A stretch of DNA of 24,000 bases from Salinispirillum sp. LH 10-3-1 (GTDB lineage: Bacteria > Pseudomonadota > Gammaproteobacteria > Pseudomonadales > Natronospirillaceae): positions 2,415,673-2,439,672 of the forward strand of contig NZ_CP101717.1 in the NCBI RefSeq assembly GCF_030643825.1, given 5' to 3'. Shown piece by piece: positions 8,700 to 17,524 of the stretch. Both the position numbers and the translations under genes were made by a program. The stretch's first letter is position 1. Each line of letters begins with the position of its first letter. The notes below the pieces were generated by a model. That model was not told the DNA's origin, did no database searches, and saw nothing but the letters and a program-made list of their open reading frames with translations.

Positions 8700-10055
8700 A
8701 TGGCTTACACAGTCATCGCCGACGAACTCAGAGAAGCCATGGCACAGGATGATGTGCAGACCATGGAACAACTGGTTGCCGATATGCAACCCGCCGACTT
8801 TGCCGAATTCATTCAAGAACACCCTGTTGAAACCAGCTTAAAGCTCTTGTCCTGTTTGCCCATCAAGCAGCGCGCGGAAACCTTTGGTTATTTCAGTGAG
8901 AATGACCAGCGCGAACTTGCTGAGCACATGGACGAATCGGCCCTGGCGAACCTGTTCATTCACATGAACTCGGACGAGCGCGCCGACTTATTCAACCTGC
9001 TACAAGACGAACTGAAAGCCGATTTGATGCGCCGTTTAGCGCGCAACGAACGCGAAGATTTGCGTCGCCTATCGAGCTATGAAGAAGGCACCGCCGGGTC
9101 CATCATGACCAGCGACTATGTGGCCGTGCCTGCCCAGTCGACCATCGCACAGGCTTTTGAGATTGTCCGGTCAACCGCGCCGGATGCTGAAACCATTTAC
9201 GATATCTACAGCATCGACCACATGGGTCGGCTGATGGGGGCTACGTCGCTGCGCGAGCTGATTCTGGCGCGTTCTACAGCGCGGCTGGAAGCCATCATGA
9301 CCACCGAGCTGATCAGCGCGACCGTGGACACGCCGCAGGAAGAAGTAGCGCGTTTGATTTCACGTTACGACTTACTGGCGTTGCCGATCATCGACAACGA
9401 TGCACGCCTCGTCGGCATCGTGACCTACGATGACGCGATGGATGTTGCCGAACAAGAAGCCACGGAAGACATTCACAAGGGTGCCTCGGTTGGACGCTTG
9501 GACGACGGCTTTGGCCGCGCCCGCCTGCGTGACCTGTACCGCACGCGGATTGTCTGGCTGGTACTGCTGGTGTTTGGCAATTTGTTCTCTGGCATGGGGA
9601 TCGCATTTTTCGAAGACACCATCGCCGCGCACGTGGCCTTGGTGTTCTTCTTACCCCTGTTGATAGGCAGTGGCGGCAACGCGGGCGCGCAAGCCTCGAC
9701 ACTGATGGTGCGGGGTATCGCCACGGGCGACGTTGGGGTATCCGATTGGGCGCGCCTGCTCGGCCGTGAGTTGTTTGTTGCCTTGGCACTCGGCGTGACC
9801 ATGGCTCTGGCGGTATCGCCGATTGGATTCTGGCGTGGCGGTGAAGACATCGCCTTTGTGGTCGGTGCTTCGATGATCAGCGTGGTTGTGCTCGGCAGCC
9901 TGATCGGCATCTGCCTGCCCTTTATTCTCAACCACATTGGCTGGGACCCGGCCACCGCCAGCGCGCCATTAGTAACGACGCTGATCGATGCGTGCGGGGT
10001 AATCATTTACTTCAGTATTGCAGCGGCGGTACTGGATCTGCCTTCGCTCTTTTAG
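8700..10055 (+). CDS. mgtE: Magnesium transporter MgtE
   Basis: MgtE N-domain, tandem CBS region (IMTSDYVAV..., LLALPIIDNDARLVGIVTYDDAMDV) and a C-terminal 5-TM domain with LPLLIGSGGNAGAQAS. Confidence 0.95.
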   Translation: MAYTVIADELREAMAQDDVQTMEQLVADMQPADFAEFIQEHPVETSLKLLSCLPIKQRAETFGYFSENDQRELAEHMDESALANLFIHMNSDERADLFNLLQDELKADLMRRLARNEREDLRRLSSYEEGTAGSIMTSDYVAVPAQSTIAQAFEIVRSTAPDAETIYDIYSIDHMGRLMGATSLRELILARSTARLEAIMTTELISATVDTPQEEVARLISRYDLLALPIIDNDARLVGIVTYDDAMDVAEQEATEDIHKGASVGRLDDGFGRARLRDLYRTRIVWLVLLVFGNLFSGMGIAFFEDTIAAHVALVFFLPLLIGSGGNAGAQASTLMVRGIATGDVGVSDWARLLGRELFVALALGVTMALAVSPIGFWRGGEDIAFVVGASMISVVVLGSLIGICLPFILNHIGWDPATASAPLVTTLIDACGVIIYFSIAAAVLDLPSLF

Positions 10056-10114
10056 CGTAGTCACAACGGTTCAAACATTCATTATTGGCGTTGGCTAAGA
10101 CACAGGATCACGAC

Positions 10115-11200
10115 ATGAAGTTTAAGGGCATAGCAGACTACTCCCACGCACAGGCAGACAAAACCGGTATTCTGATTACTAACTTGGGCACCCCTGACGC
10201 CGCCGAAAGCGGCGCGGTGCGTCGGTATTTGCGCGAGTTTTTGTCCGATTCACGTGTGGTGGAAATTCCCAAGGCCATTTGGTGGTTTATTCTCAACGGC
10301 ATTATCTTGGCTATTCGTCCGGCTCGTTCTGCTAAGAACTACCGTACGGTATGGACCGAGCGCGGCTCGCCATTGCTGTATCACACCGCCGACCAATGCG
10401 CAGGGGTGCGCGCCTACATGAAGGGCAAATACGGTGATGACGTGGTGGTGGAATTCGCCATGCGTTATGGCAATCCTTCTGTCTCGTCGGTGATTGAACG
10501 CATGCAGCAGCAAGGTGTGCGTCGCTTATTGGTGCTGCCGATGTACCCGCAGTATTCCGCCACCACTACGGCTTCAACCTTTGATGCCATTGCCAACGAC
10601 TTCGCCAAGCGCCGTTGGATTCCCGAGCTACGCTTTATCAACCACTACCACGATTTCGAACCCTACATTGACGCCATGGCGGCGCACATTCAGGCGTATC
10701 AAGCCGAGCACGGCAAGCCGGAAAAACTGGTGTTGTCGTACCACGGTATTCCGAAGCGCAATTTGCTGGAGGGCGACCCCTACCATTGCGAGTGCTACAA
10801 GACCTCGCGCTTGTTAACCGAGAAGCTGGGCCTGACGCGCGATGACGTCATCACGACGTTTCAGTCTCGCTTTGGCAAACAGGAATGGTTGAAGCCGTAT
10901 ACGGATGCCACCATGAAGCAGTTGGGCGAAGACGGCGTGAAATCCATTCAGGTGTTCTGCCCGGGCTTTCCGTCCGACTGTTTGGAAACCATTGAAGAGA
11001 TCGGCGAAGAGAACCGCGAGTATTTTGAAGAGGCTGGCGGTGAGCAGTTCGGGTACATACCCGCATTGAATGCAACCCCGGGTCACATTGATGCGTTGAC
11101 CGCGCTACTGGAGCAGCATTTGAAAGGCTGGCAGCCGTTGGCGACGCAGGATAAAAGCACGAGCGTGCAGGAGCACGCTCGGTTGGCCGCTGCGAAGTAA
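10115..11200 (+). CDS. hemH: Ferrochelatase
   Basis: GILITNLGTPD...VRRYLREFLSDSRVVE...LPMYPQYSATTT...LSYHGIP...FQSRFG...W are colinear with E. coli HemH. ATG at 10115 with AGGA 7 nt upstream is preferred over the TTG at 10085 used by the track. Confidence 0.92.
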   Translation: MKFKGIADYSHAQADKTGILITNLGTPDAAESGAVRRYLREFLSDSRVVEIPKAIWWFILNGIILAIRPARSAKNYRTVWTERGSPLLYHTADQCAGVRAYMKGKYGDDVVVEFAMRYGNPSVSSVIERMQQQGVRRLLVLPMYPQYSATTTASTFDAIANDFAKRRWIPELRFINHYHDFEPYIDAMAAHIQAYQAEHGKPEKLVLSYHGIPKRNLLEGDPYHCECYKTSRLLTEKLGLTRDDVITTFQSRFGKQEWLKPYTDATMKQLGEDGVKSIQVFCPGFPSDCLETIEEIGEENREYFEEAGGEQFGYIPALNATPGHIDALTALLEQHLKGWQPLATQDKSTSVQEHARLAAAK

Positions 11201-11202
11201 GC

Positions 11203-11943
11203 TCATCGTTTAAAAAACGCCTGCACCGCAGCCATAAACTCCTGGCTGCGCAGGCGTTGCTGAAACACCTCGGCTTCGGCATCAATCACTTGCAGCACTT
11301 GCGCCTGCTCCGGCCCTTTCATCAACGCCTTGGCGGCTTGCATGGCTTCTGTCGGACGGCTCGCCAACTCGGCGGCCAACGCAGCTCCCGCCGCCAGCGT
11401 TTCACCGTCGGGCACCACACGGTTGATTAAGCCCGAGGTCAATGCCTCTTCCGCACCAAACTTATTACCCAACAACAACCATTCCGCCGCTTTCACATAA
11501 CCCACTTGCCGTGGAATCAGCAATGACGATGCAAATTCCGGCACCAGTCCTAAATTCACAAACGGCAACTGAAACACCGCGCTCTCACCTGCAACGACTA
11601 AGTCACAATGCAACAGCAGGGTGGTGCCGATACCGACCGCCGAGCCATTTACGGCAGCGACCATGGGCTTGGGAAATACAGCGGCGGTGCGCAGAAAACG
11701 CAGTACTGGGGCGTCGCGGTCTTTGATCGGGTGCGCCATGAAGTCTTGCAAATCATTCCCTGCGGTAAAGCAGGTTTCGTCACCTTGGAACACCACAGCC
11801 CGCACCGTATTGTCTTCGGCGGCCTGCTCTAAGGCTTCGCGCATCGCGGTGTACATGGCTTCGGTGATGGCATTGCGTTTGGCAACGCGGTTGAACAGGA
11901 TGGTCATAACCCCCTGTTCAGTTTGAGTCAGAATATCACTCAT
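11203..11943 (-). CDS. Enoyl-CoA hydratase/isomerase (crotonase) family protein
   Basis: Crotonase fold pattern: VMTILFNRVAKRNA, FTAGNDL, AAVNGSAVGIGTTLLLHCDL. ATG at 11943 is preferred because the track's GTG start at 11979 lies inside a strong hairpin. Confidence 0.85.
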   Translation of the reverse strand: MSDILTQTEQGVMTILFNRVAKRNAITEAMYTAMREALEQAAEDNTVRAVVFQGDETCFTAGNDLQDFMAHPIKDRDAPVLRFLRTAAVFPKPMVAAVNGSAVGIGTTLLLHCDLVVAGESAVFQLPFVNLGLVPEFASSLLIPRQVGYVKAAEWLLLGNKFGAEEALTSGLINRVVPDGETLAAGAALAAELASRPTEAMQAAKALMKGPEQAQVLQVIDAEAEVFQQRLRSQEFMAAVQAFFKR

Positions 11944-11972
11944 GCTGGCGTATCCGTTAGGCTGAGGAAGAT

Positions 11973-12000
11973 AACGCACAGAGTACCGACTCTGTGCGTT
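11973..12000 (-). terminator. Hairpin (11-bp stem AACGCACAGAG / CTCTGTGCGTT, 6-nt loop), probable terminator of the chemoreceptor gene
   Basis: Perfect inverted repeat about 100 nt downstream of the MCP stop. On the minus strand it is followed by ATCTTCCTC, which is only moderately T-rich. Confidence 0.5.
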
Positions 12001-12101
12001 CTGTACAGCAGATTACGAAACACGCAGACCGACCTTCAACCCAACTGGATTAATCGGCGTGGATAGCGGCTGGTCTTTGTCTGTTTGGCACGACCCACAC
12101 A

Positions 12102-14438
12102 TTAGTCGTCCACTTGCCAGCGCGTGGCATTCTGCTGCAACTCCCGTGCTGTTTTTTGCAGCTTCTCGCTCTCGTGGGCGTTTTTCTCAGCCTGTTCTTG
12201 TGAATGACGCGAGCTGTCGAACGACTCGGCCAATACTTTGGCAAGGTCACCCGTCATCATGCTCTGTTCATTCGACACCGACAGAATGTCTTCGTTCGCA
12301 TGCACGATGGCCTGCAACGACTCGCCAATGGTGCTCAGGGCTTCTTGCGAGGCCTGTGCCGTTACCTCCAAGCCTTCCGAGCGCTGCTGCTCTGCCGTCA
12401 TCATTTGCTGGGCTTTGTCGGTGTTGGTCAACAAACCGTCGATGATGTTTTGGATTTCCTCGGTCGCACCGCGCGAGCGCTGCGCCAGATTACGCACTTC
12501 ATCGGCCACCACTGCAAAACCTCGGCCGTGCTCGCCTGCCCGCGCCGCTTCTATCGCTGCGTTCAAGGCCAGTAAGTTGGTCTGTTCGGCGATGTTAGAA
12601 ATCACCTCCAGCACATGGCGAATCTGCTCAAAGTCATTCGCCAGCGTGTTGATGGTGGTGGCCGCTTCGTTTACGCCACGCGCCATTTGATGCACTTCGG
12701 AAATAACTTCCTGAATGGTCTTGGTGCTGGCGGTGATGTTGTCACGCGTACTGATGGTTACATCGGCGGTATTCCGTGCTTGTTCCGTAACGGTTTGCGC
12801 ACTGCTGACCATGCCTTCAACCAAGCCTTCTGCCGAGGCATTGCGCTGGTTTTGCTCGTTCAATTGCTGGAGGGTCTGCTCTGAGCCTTGCGTCATCGCG
12901 GTTGAGGCGTCATTGACCGTTTCCGCTGCTTCACGCGTCAACTTAATGGAGTGTTGTATGTCATCCAACAATAGGTTCACGGCGGCGGATATCTGACCGA
13001 ATTCATCAGACCCGGTTAGCGGGCTGCGCCGTGTGAGGTCGTGGTTCTGCTGAATACCGAGAATGGCCCCGCGCAACACGGCTACCGGGCGACTGAACGA
13101 ACGCGCCATCCACAAAGCAGCGACAAAGGCGAGCACCAGCACCACCAAGGTCACAGCAATGGCGTAGCCTATGACCTCATTACGCAGGATACGACCGGCC
13201 GCTAAGGCTTCGCTAACGTCCATCTCGGTTACCAGTACCCATTCCGCACCAGAAAAGCGCAATGGCCCGTAGACGCCGATGACCGCATTGCCGAGCGGGT
13301 TGATGTAGCTCGCCACACCGCTGCGGCCTTGCAACGCGCGCTGGATACCGTCGCTGTCCATTTGCACCAAGCCCGACAGACTGCCACGGGCGTTGATCAA
13401 CTGCTGACGGTCCGATGGTAAGCCCAGTTGCGCCATTGCAGCACCTGGATTGTCATCAAATTCACGCTTGCTCGACAGCAAGGTACGATTCGCGTTCAGC
13501 AAATAAGTATCGCCGGTGGCGCCTAAGCCTAAGGAAGCTCTGTCATCAAAATTCGACAAGGCGGCCTCGATCTGCTGCGCTTGGATACGGGCGACGAATA
13601 CTCCAAGCATGGTGTCGGTGCCCGCTTCAAACATCGGCATGGCAAAGAATGCACTTTGCGCTCCCAAACCGGGCAGGTACGCACTGAAATCGACAAAAAC
13701 CGGGCTACTGGTCGATGTACCCTCGACAGCTTGACGGAACGCCGTTTCCATACCGGTACCCACCAGAACGGGATGGTCGACATTGATACCGAAGTCCACC
13801 TGCTTGTTGACCGAATACACGATGTCGCCATCTACATTCACAAAATAGGCATCGGCAAAGCCATAAAAGTCGGTGAAACCGCGTATTTCGTCGTGGAATT
13901 CGCGGTGCGTGATGCTGTAGCGCGATTGATCACCTGCATCGACGATGTCCGCCCGCGCGTCCCACGCGCCCCCCGATTCAATCAGGTAGTAGTAATGCAA
14001 CACCAGGCGAGGCCGGTCTATTTCCGCCAAATAGGCATTGGCGTCAAAGAGTAAGTCCGGCGCGACCTGCTGCAGGCGAGCTTTGAAGCCTGCCTCGAAA
14101 AAAGCGGCAAGTTCCGCGGTTTCCGCACTGACATCGGGCCTGTTGCGCACCACAACATTGAGCTGATAGCCACGATAAGCCGACGCAAACGCAGTAATGG
14201 CTCGTCGCCCTTGGCTGTTGGCTGCATAGCCTTCCACCTGCTGCTGCAAGGAACTGAGGTAATCGGCCAGTCGCTGGGCTTGGGTATCACTGACCAACTG
14301 CAAGCGCAGGTTCGCCTGCTCGGACAGCAGTTGCTGACCAGCTCGAATACTGGTTGAACTGATCATAATACTCGCGGCAATTGCGGCCATCAGAGACAGC
14401 CCTAAAATGACCACAAGAAGTTTTCTTTGAATACTCAT
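12102..14438 (-). CDS. Methyl-accepting chemotaxis protein with a large (about 390 aa) periplasmic double-Cache-like sensor
   Basis: TM1 at aa 7-27 and TM2 around aa 422-445, followed by a HAMP domain. The signalling hairpin [38 protein letters not shown] is highly conserved. Cache-like strands [15 protein letters not shown] and [13 protein letters not shown] are present. AGGAAGG ribosome-binding site. Confidence 0.93.
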   Translation of the reverse strand: MSIQRKLLVVILGLSLMAAIAASIMISSTSIRAGQQLLSEQANLRLQLVSDTQAQRLADYLSSLQQQVEGYAANSQGRRAITAFASAYRGYQLNVVVRNRPDVSAETAELAAFFEAGFKARLQQVAPDLLFDANAYLAEIDRPRLVLHYYYLIESGGAWDARADIVDAGDQSRYSITHREFHDEIRGFTDFYGFADAYFVNVDGDIVYSVNKQVDFGINVDHPVLVGTGMETAFRQAVEGTSTSSPVFVDFSAYLPGLGAQSAFFAMPMFEAGTDTMLGVFVARIQAQQIEAALSNFDDRASLGLGATGDTYLLNANRTLLSSKREFDDNPGAAMAQLGLPSDRQQLINARGSLSGLVQMDSDGIQRALQGRSGVASYINPLGNAVIGVYGPLRFSGAEWVLVTEMDVSEALAAGRILRNEVIGYAIAVTLVVLVLAFVAALWMARSFSRPVAVLRGAILGIQQNHDLTRRSPLTGSDEFGQISAAVNLLLDDIQHSIKLTREAAETVNDASTAMTQGSEQTLQQLNEQNQRNASAEGLVEGMVSSAQTVTEQARNTADVTISTRDNITASTKTIQEVISEVHQMARGVNEAATTINTLANDFEQIRHVLEVISNIAEQTNLLALNAAIEAARAGEHGRGFAVVADEVRNLAQRSRGATEEIQNIIDGLLTNTDKAQQMMTAEQQRSEGLEVTAQASQEALSTIGESLQAIVHANEDILSVSNEQSMMTGDLAKVLAESFDSSRHSQEQAEKNAHESEKLQKTARELQQNATRWQVDD

Positions 14439-14754
14439 GCGCCTTCCTACTGCTTAGTGTTACGGCATGCTGGACTGTCTGTGCTAACGACAGATTCATT
14501 GGACAGAAAGTAAAGCAAGAAACCGGCCACTGATCGCTATTGTTATAGTTGTGGTTCTGAGTCATGCGTCATATTTCAACAGAATCACTAACATAGTAAG
14601 AAAGAACACTGAGATGCGCCATTTTTGCGCAAGAATTAAACACAGGAACCCAGACAGTGCAGTCTGCAATTGTTTACAGTTTTTGACCAATGCCTAATCT
14701 GTATGACGTATGCTCGCGGTACATGACAAGAGAAGGACTAAGTACGCCCCGGCA

Positions 14755-17406
14755 TCAGTGTTCCACGCGAAAATACGGCCGCGCAAAGGCAATGGCTTCG
14801 GCTCGGTCATTGACGTTCATTTTCCGGTAGATACTGCGAATGTGACTTTTTACAGTGGTGGGAGCAACAAACATCTGCCGTGCGATGTCCTGATTGGTAT
14901 AACCCTCAACAATTCGGGTCAGTACTTCAACTTCTTTGGGCGTTAATGCCTCGCTCTGACGCTGCAAGTTGGCGTTCAAACGCGACACCCAAGGAGTTCC
15001 CGTCGGTGGCACCTCCAAGGTATGATGCGTTACCTTATCGACCTGCGGAAGCACCATGCCCAGTTCGGGCAGTTCGGCGCTCAGCGGGCGCAAGGCGTCA
15101 CGCCATACCCAGAGAGTAAACAAGGGTTTAATCTGCAACAATTCATGCCGTACCGGTTCAAGCCAGCGTGCTCCGGCTGCATCATAGGCGGCCAAACACA
15201 ACCGGGTACGTAAGGCCTCCAGACGCAAGCCACAGGTATCGGCCTGTTGCAGCAGGGTTTTCAGTAGTGCGATGCCGGCCGCAGGTTCACCGCGTAGAAT
15301 ACGCAACCAAGCCACTTGGCGCTGATAGTTTTGCAGAAAATGGTTCTCGGCGGCACGCGCAACGATGGACTCGTCAATTGCCGGCCAGTCGCCTTCTCCG
15401 GTTTCATGGCGCAGCACCAGTTCGAATTGCAGCAAATGGGCAAGCCAGTCGGTATGGTAGTTAAAACGGCTTTTAAGGTGGCGCAAATGAAAGGCGACTT
15501 GGCGCGCCCGAGTCAGTTCTCCGGTGACCAGATGCACGCGCCCTTTGATGGAAAACGCGGGCAGCAAACCGTAGTCGCCCAGTGGCTGCATGATCGACAG
15601 TTCTTCTTCGACAAAATGCAATGCTTCGTCCAGCGCCAGCCGTTCGAGCAACGCTTGCGCGCGATTGCGATAGAGAAATTCCATATGCAGCACGCGTTCG
15701 ATGCATTTCTCGTGCGCCGTCGCCACCGCCCGTGTTTGCACGTGAAAGGCTTCGTCTAACTGACCCATGGCGCAGTGGGTATCGCTTTGCAGGCACAGTG
15801 ACCACAGTTGCTGCTGCGCGAGCTTGCTCGCTATGGCCTGTTGCTCGGCGGCCCGCAGGCTGGCTAAGGCCTCTTTGAGGCGCCCCGCGCAGAGGTCACT
15901 TTGACCCAATACAGACCACGCCACCGTGCGTGAAATTGCGCTATCGGCGGGCAGGTCATCCAGCGCTTCACGGGCCAGCGAGCGTGCGGTGGCATAGTCT
16001 TCACGATTGATCGCCTCTTGCGCACGCACCACCTGAAACTCAGCCCGCAATTCAGTGCTGATGTCCATGCCCACCGCTTCGGCGGTCGCCAGCAAGGGCA
16101 CGATATCGCCCTCGCGATAGGTCGCCAGATTCAGCCACAGTTTCAACAGCAGCAATGTTGAGTCTTCCAGCATGGTGGTTTCTGTAATCAACTCGAAGGC
16201 GGATTCCAGTAGGTCGAACTGACCTCGACGGTAAAAATACTCACCGGAATGCCGCAACACGGTACCGATGGCAGCGGCATCACGCATTGACAACGCCAGC
16301 GCCAACGCATCGTATGCTTGGCCAGTCTGTAAATAGGCTTCCACCGCTCGGGCTTGAATACGCGCCCATGCTATGGGGTCGTCCTGCTCCCAGCTGCGCA
16401 GCGCTTCACGGAAGAGATCGTGCAGACGATACCAGGTATCTTGCTCATTGGTCGGTGGCACCAACATGTGCGCGTGCACCAGCTGCGACAACCAAGGTGT
16501 GACGTCGTCCTGTTCCGTCATGTGCCGACACATATCGGCGTTGAAGCGGTCGAACACACAGATGCGACGCAATAGATGCTGCAGCGCGGGGGCCAACGAT
16601 GGCATGACTTCATCGCGGAAGTAGTCAAATATCAAATGATAGGGCCCACTGAGCCGCACGCTGCTGTCGACCAGCTCCGCTGTGGTACTGGCGTGGCAAC
16701 TGATCAACTGATAACCGGCAGGCCACCCGTGCAAACGATTCTCCAGTTGCTGCACAACGTCGGGCGTCACTTCTCTGGCCAAGCGGCGAGACAGAAACTC
16801 CCCTGCTTCGGCAGCGGTAAAGTCCAACACCGGCGCATCCACCTCCAGCACCTGCCCGCGTACGCGCAAGGCAGCAATACCGATGCTGGGTTCCAGGTGA
16901 CTGCCAATCAATAGATGGATGTTCGGCGGCAGATAACGCACCCAATGCCGCATGGCCGCATGGATGTCGGGGTTATTGATCACGTGGTAGTCGTCCAACA
17001 CCACGTAGAGATGAGATGAGGTGCGCGACAACTCCACCGAGACTTTACCCAGCAAACTCTCCAACGACTTGAATTCCCCGGTCTCGACCAGCGCGATGCT
17101 TTCGGTGCAGCCATTCGCCGTGGCCTGATGCAACGCCGCCAACAGATGAGCAGCGAAATGCTGTACCTGATTGTCACCTGAGTCGAGTGAGAGCCACGCA
17201 TATTGTGGCTGGCGTCGATGCAACCAACTGACCAGCAAGGTGGTCTTACCCTGTCCCGGTGGCCCCTGAAGTAGAGTAACGGGGTACGACCATGCTTGGT
17301 CTAGGAGGGCTTCAAGGCGCGGACGAGCGACCACTGGCTCAGGAATGCGTGGCGGAATTAATTTATAGGGATTCACCCACAGTCGCGTGGTGACATCTGT
17401 GGCCAT
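14755..17406 (-). CDS. MalT-like LuxR-family transcriptional activator (STAND ATPase + helical repeats + C-terminal HTH)
   Basis: Walker A LLQGPPGQGKTTL and Walker B LYVVLDDYH. Long helical/TPR-like middle region. C-terminal LuxR HTH LTPKEVEVLTRIVEGYTNQDIARQMFVAPTTVKSHIRSIYRKMNV. 883 aa, with MalT-like size and order. Confidence 0.9.
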   Translation of the reverse strand: MATDVTTRLWVNPYKLIPPRIPEPVVARPRLEALLDQAWSYPVTLLQGPPGQGKTTLLVSWLHRRQPQYAWLSLDSGDNQVQHFAAHLLAALHQATANGCTESIALVETGEFKSLESLLGKVSVELSRTSSHLYVVLDDYHVINNPDIHAAMRHWVRYLPPNIHLLIGSHLEPSIGIAALRVRGQVLEVDAPVLDFTAAEAGEFLSRRLAREVTPDVVQQLENRLHGWPAGYQLISCHASTTAELVDSSVRLSGPYHLIFDYFRDEVMPSLAPALQHLLRRICVFDRFNADMCRHMTEQDDVTPWLSQLVHAHMLVPPTNEQDTWYRLHDLFREALRSWEQDDPIAWARIQARAVEAYLQTGQAYDALALALSMRDAAAIGTVLRHSGEYFYRRGQFDLLESAFELITETTMLEDSTLLLLKLWLNLATYREGDIVPLLATAEAVGMDISTELRAEFQVVRAQEAINREDYATARSLAREALDDLPADSAISRTVAWSVLGQSDLCAGRLKEALASLRAAEQQAIASKLAQQQLWSLCLQSDTHCAMGQLDEAFHVQTRAVATAHEKCIERVLHMEFLYRNRAQALLERLALDEALHFVEEELSIMQPLGDYGLLPAFSIKGRVHLVTGELTRARQVAFHLRHLKSRFNYHTDWLAHLLQFELVLRHETGEGDWPAIDESIVARAAENHFLQNYQRQVAWLRILRGEPAAGIALLKTLLQQADTCGLRLEALRTRLCLAAYDAAGARWLEPVRHELLQIKPLFTLWVWRDALRPLSAELPELGMVLPQVDKVTHHTLEVPPTGTPWVSRLNANLQRQSEALTPKEVEVLTRIVEGYTNQDIARQMFVAPTTVKSHIRSIYRKMNVNDRAEAIAFARPYFRVEH

Positions 17407-17416
17407 TATGGTTCTC

Positions 17417-17434
17417 TGTTGTTGTTTTTATCAC
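17417..17434 (-). repeat. Copy A of a shared 18-nt leader motif (plus strand TGTTGTTGTTTTTATCAC; minus strand GTGATAAAAACAACAACA)
   Basis: 17/18 identical to 19278-19295. It lies 10 nt upstream of the MalT-like start codon. Confidence 0.7.
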
Positions 17435-17459
17435 AGTAGGATGCCTGATTACGAGGCAT

Positions 17460-17486
17460 AAAAAAGGCCGATTTAGACAATCGGCC
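17460..17486 (-). terminator. Rho-independent terminator downstream of the beta-amylase gene
   Basis: The minus strand reads GGCCGATT-gtcta-AATCGGCC (8-bp stem, 5-nt loop) followed by TTTTTT, 39 nt after the amylase stop codon. Confidence 0.78.
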
Positions 17487-17524
17487 AGTTGAAGTTTACG
17501 GGGTGGAGTTTTCTCGAACAGCTA

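Noticed and set aside
5476-11200. A possible functional link between the TANGO2-like domain and the nearby ferrochelatase hemH. A heme-trafficking role has been proposed for eukaryotic TANGO2.
   Set aside because: hemH lies about 3 kb away on the opposite strand, with mgtE and a divergent promoter region in between, so there is no operon linkage. Its position here is most simply coincidental, whereas the in-frame fusion to a lipid acyltransferase is direct evidence pointing to lipids.
11944-11979. The GTG-initiated 12-codon extension of the crotonase-family ORF.
   Set aside because: The GTG lies inside the 11-bp-stem hairpin at 11973-12000. Family alignments start near MSDILTQTEQGVMTILFNR.
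14755-17406. An 883-aa STAND-type NTPase with helical repeats could be an Avs-like antiphage sensor.
   Set aside because: The C-terminus is a canonical LuxR-type HTH rather than a nuclease, protease or other effector domain. Size and domain order match MalT. It sits next to a starch-degrading enzyme. A transcriptional activator is the simpler reading.
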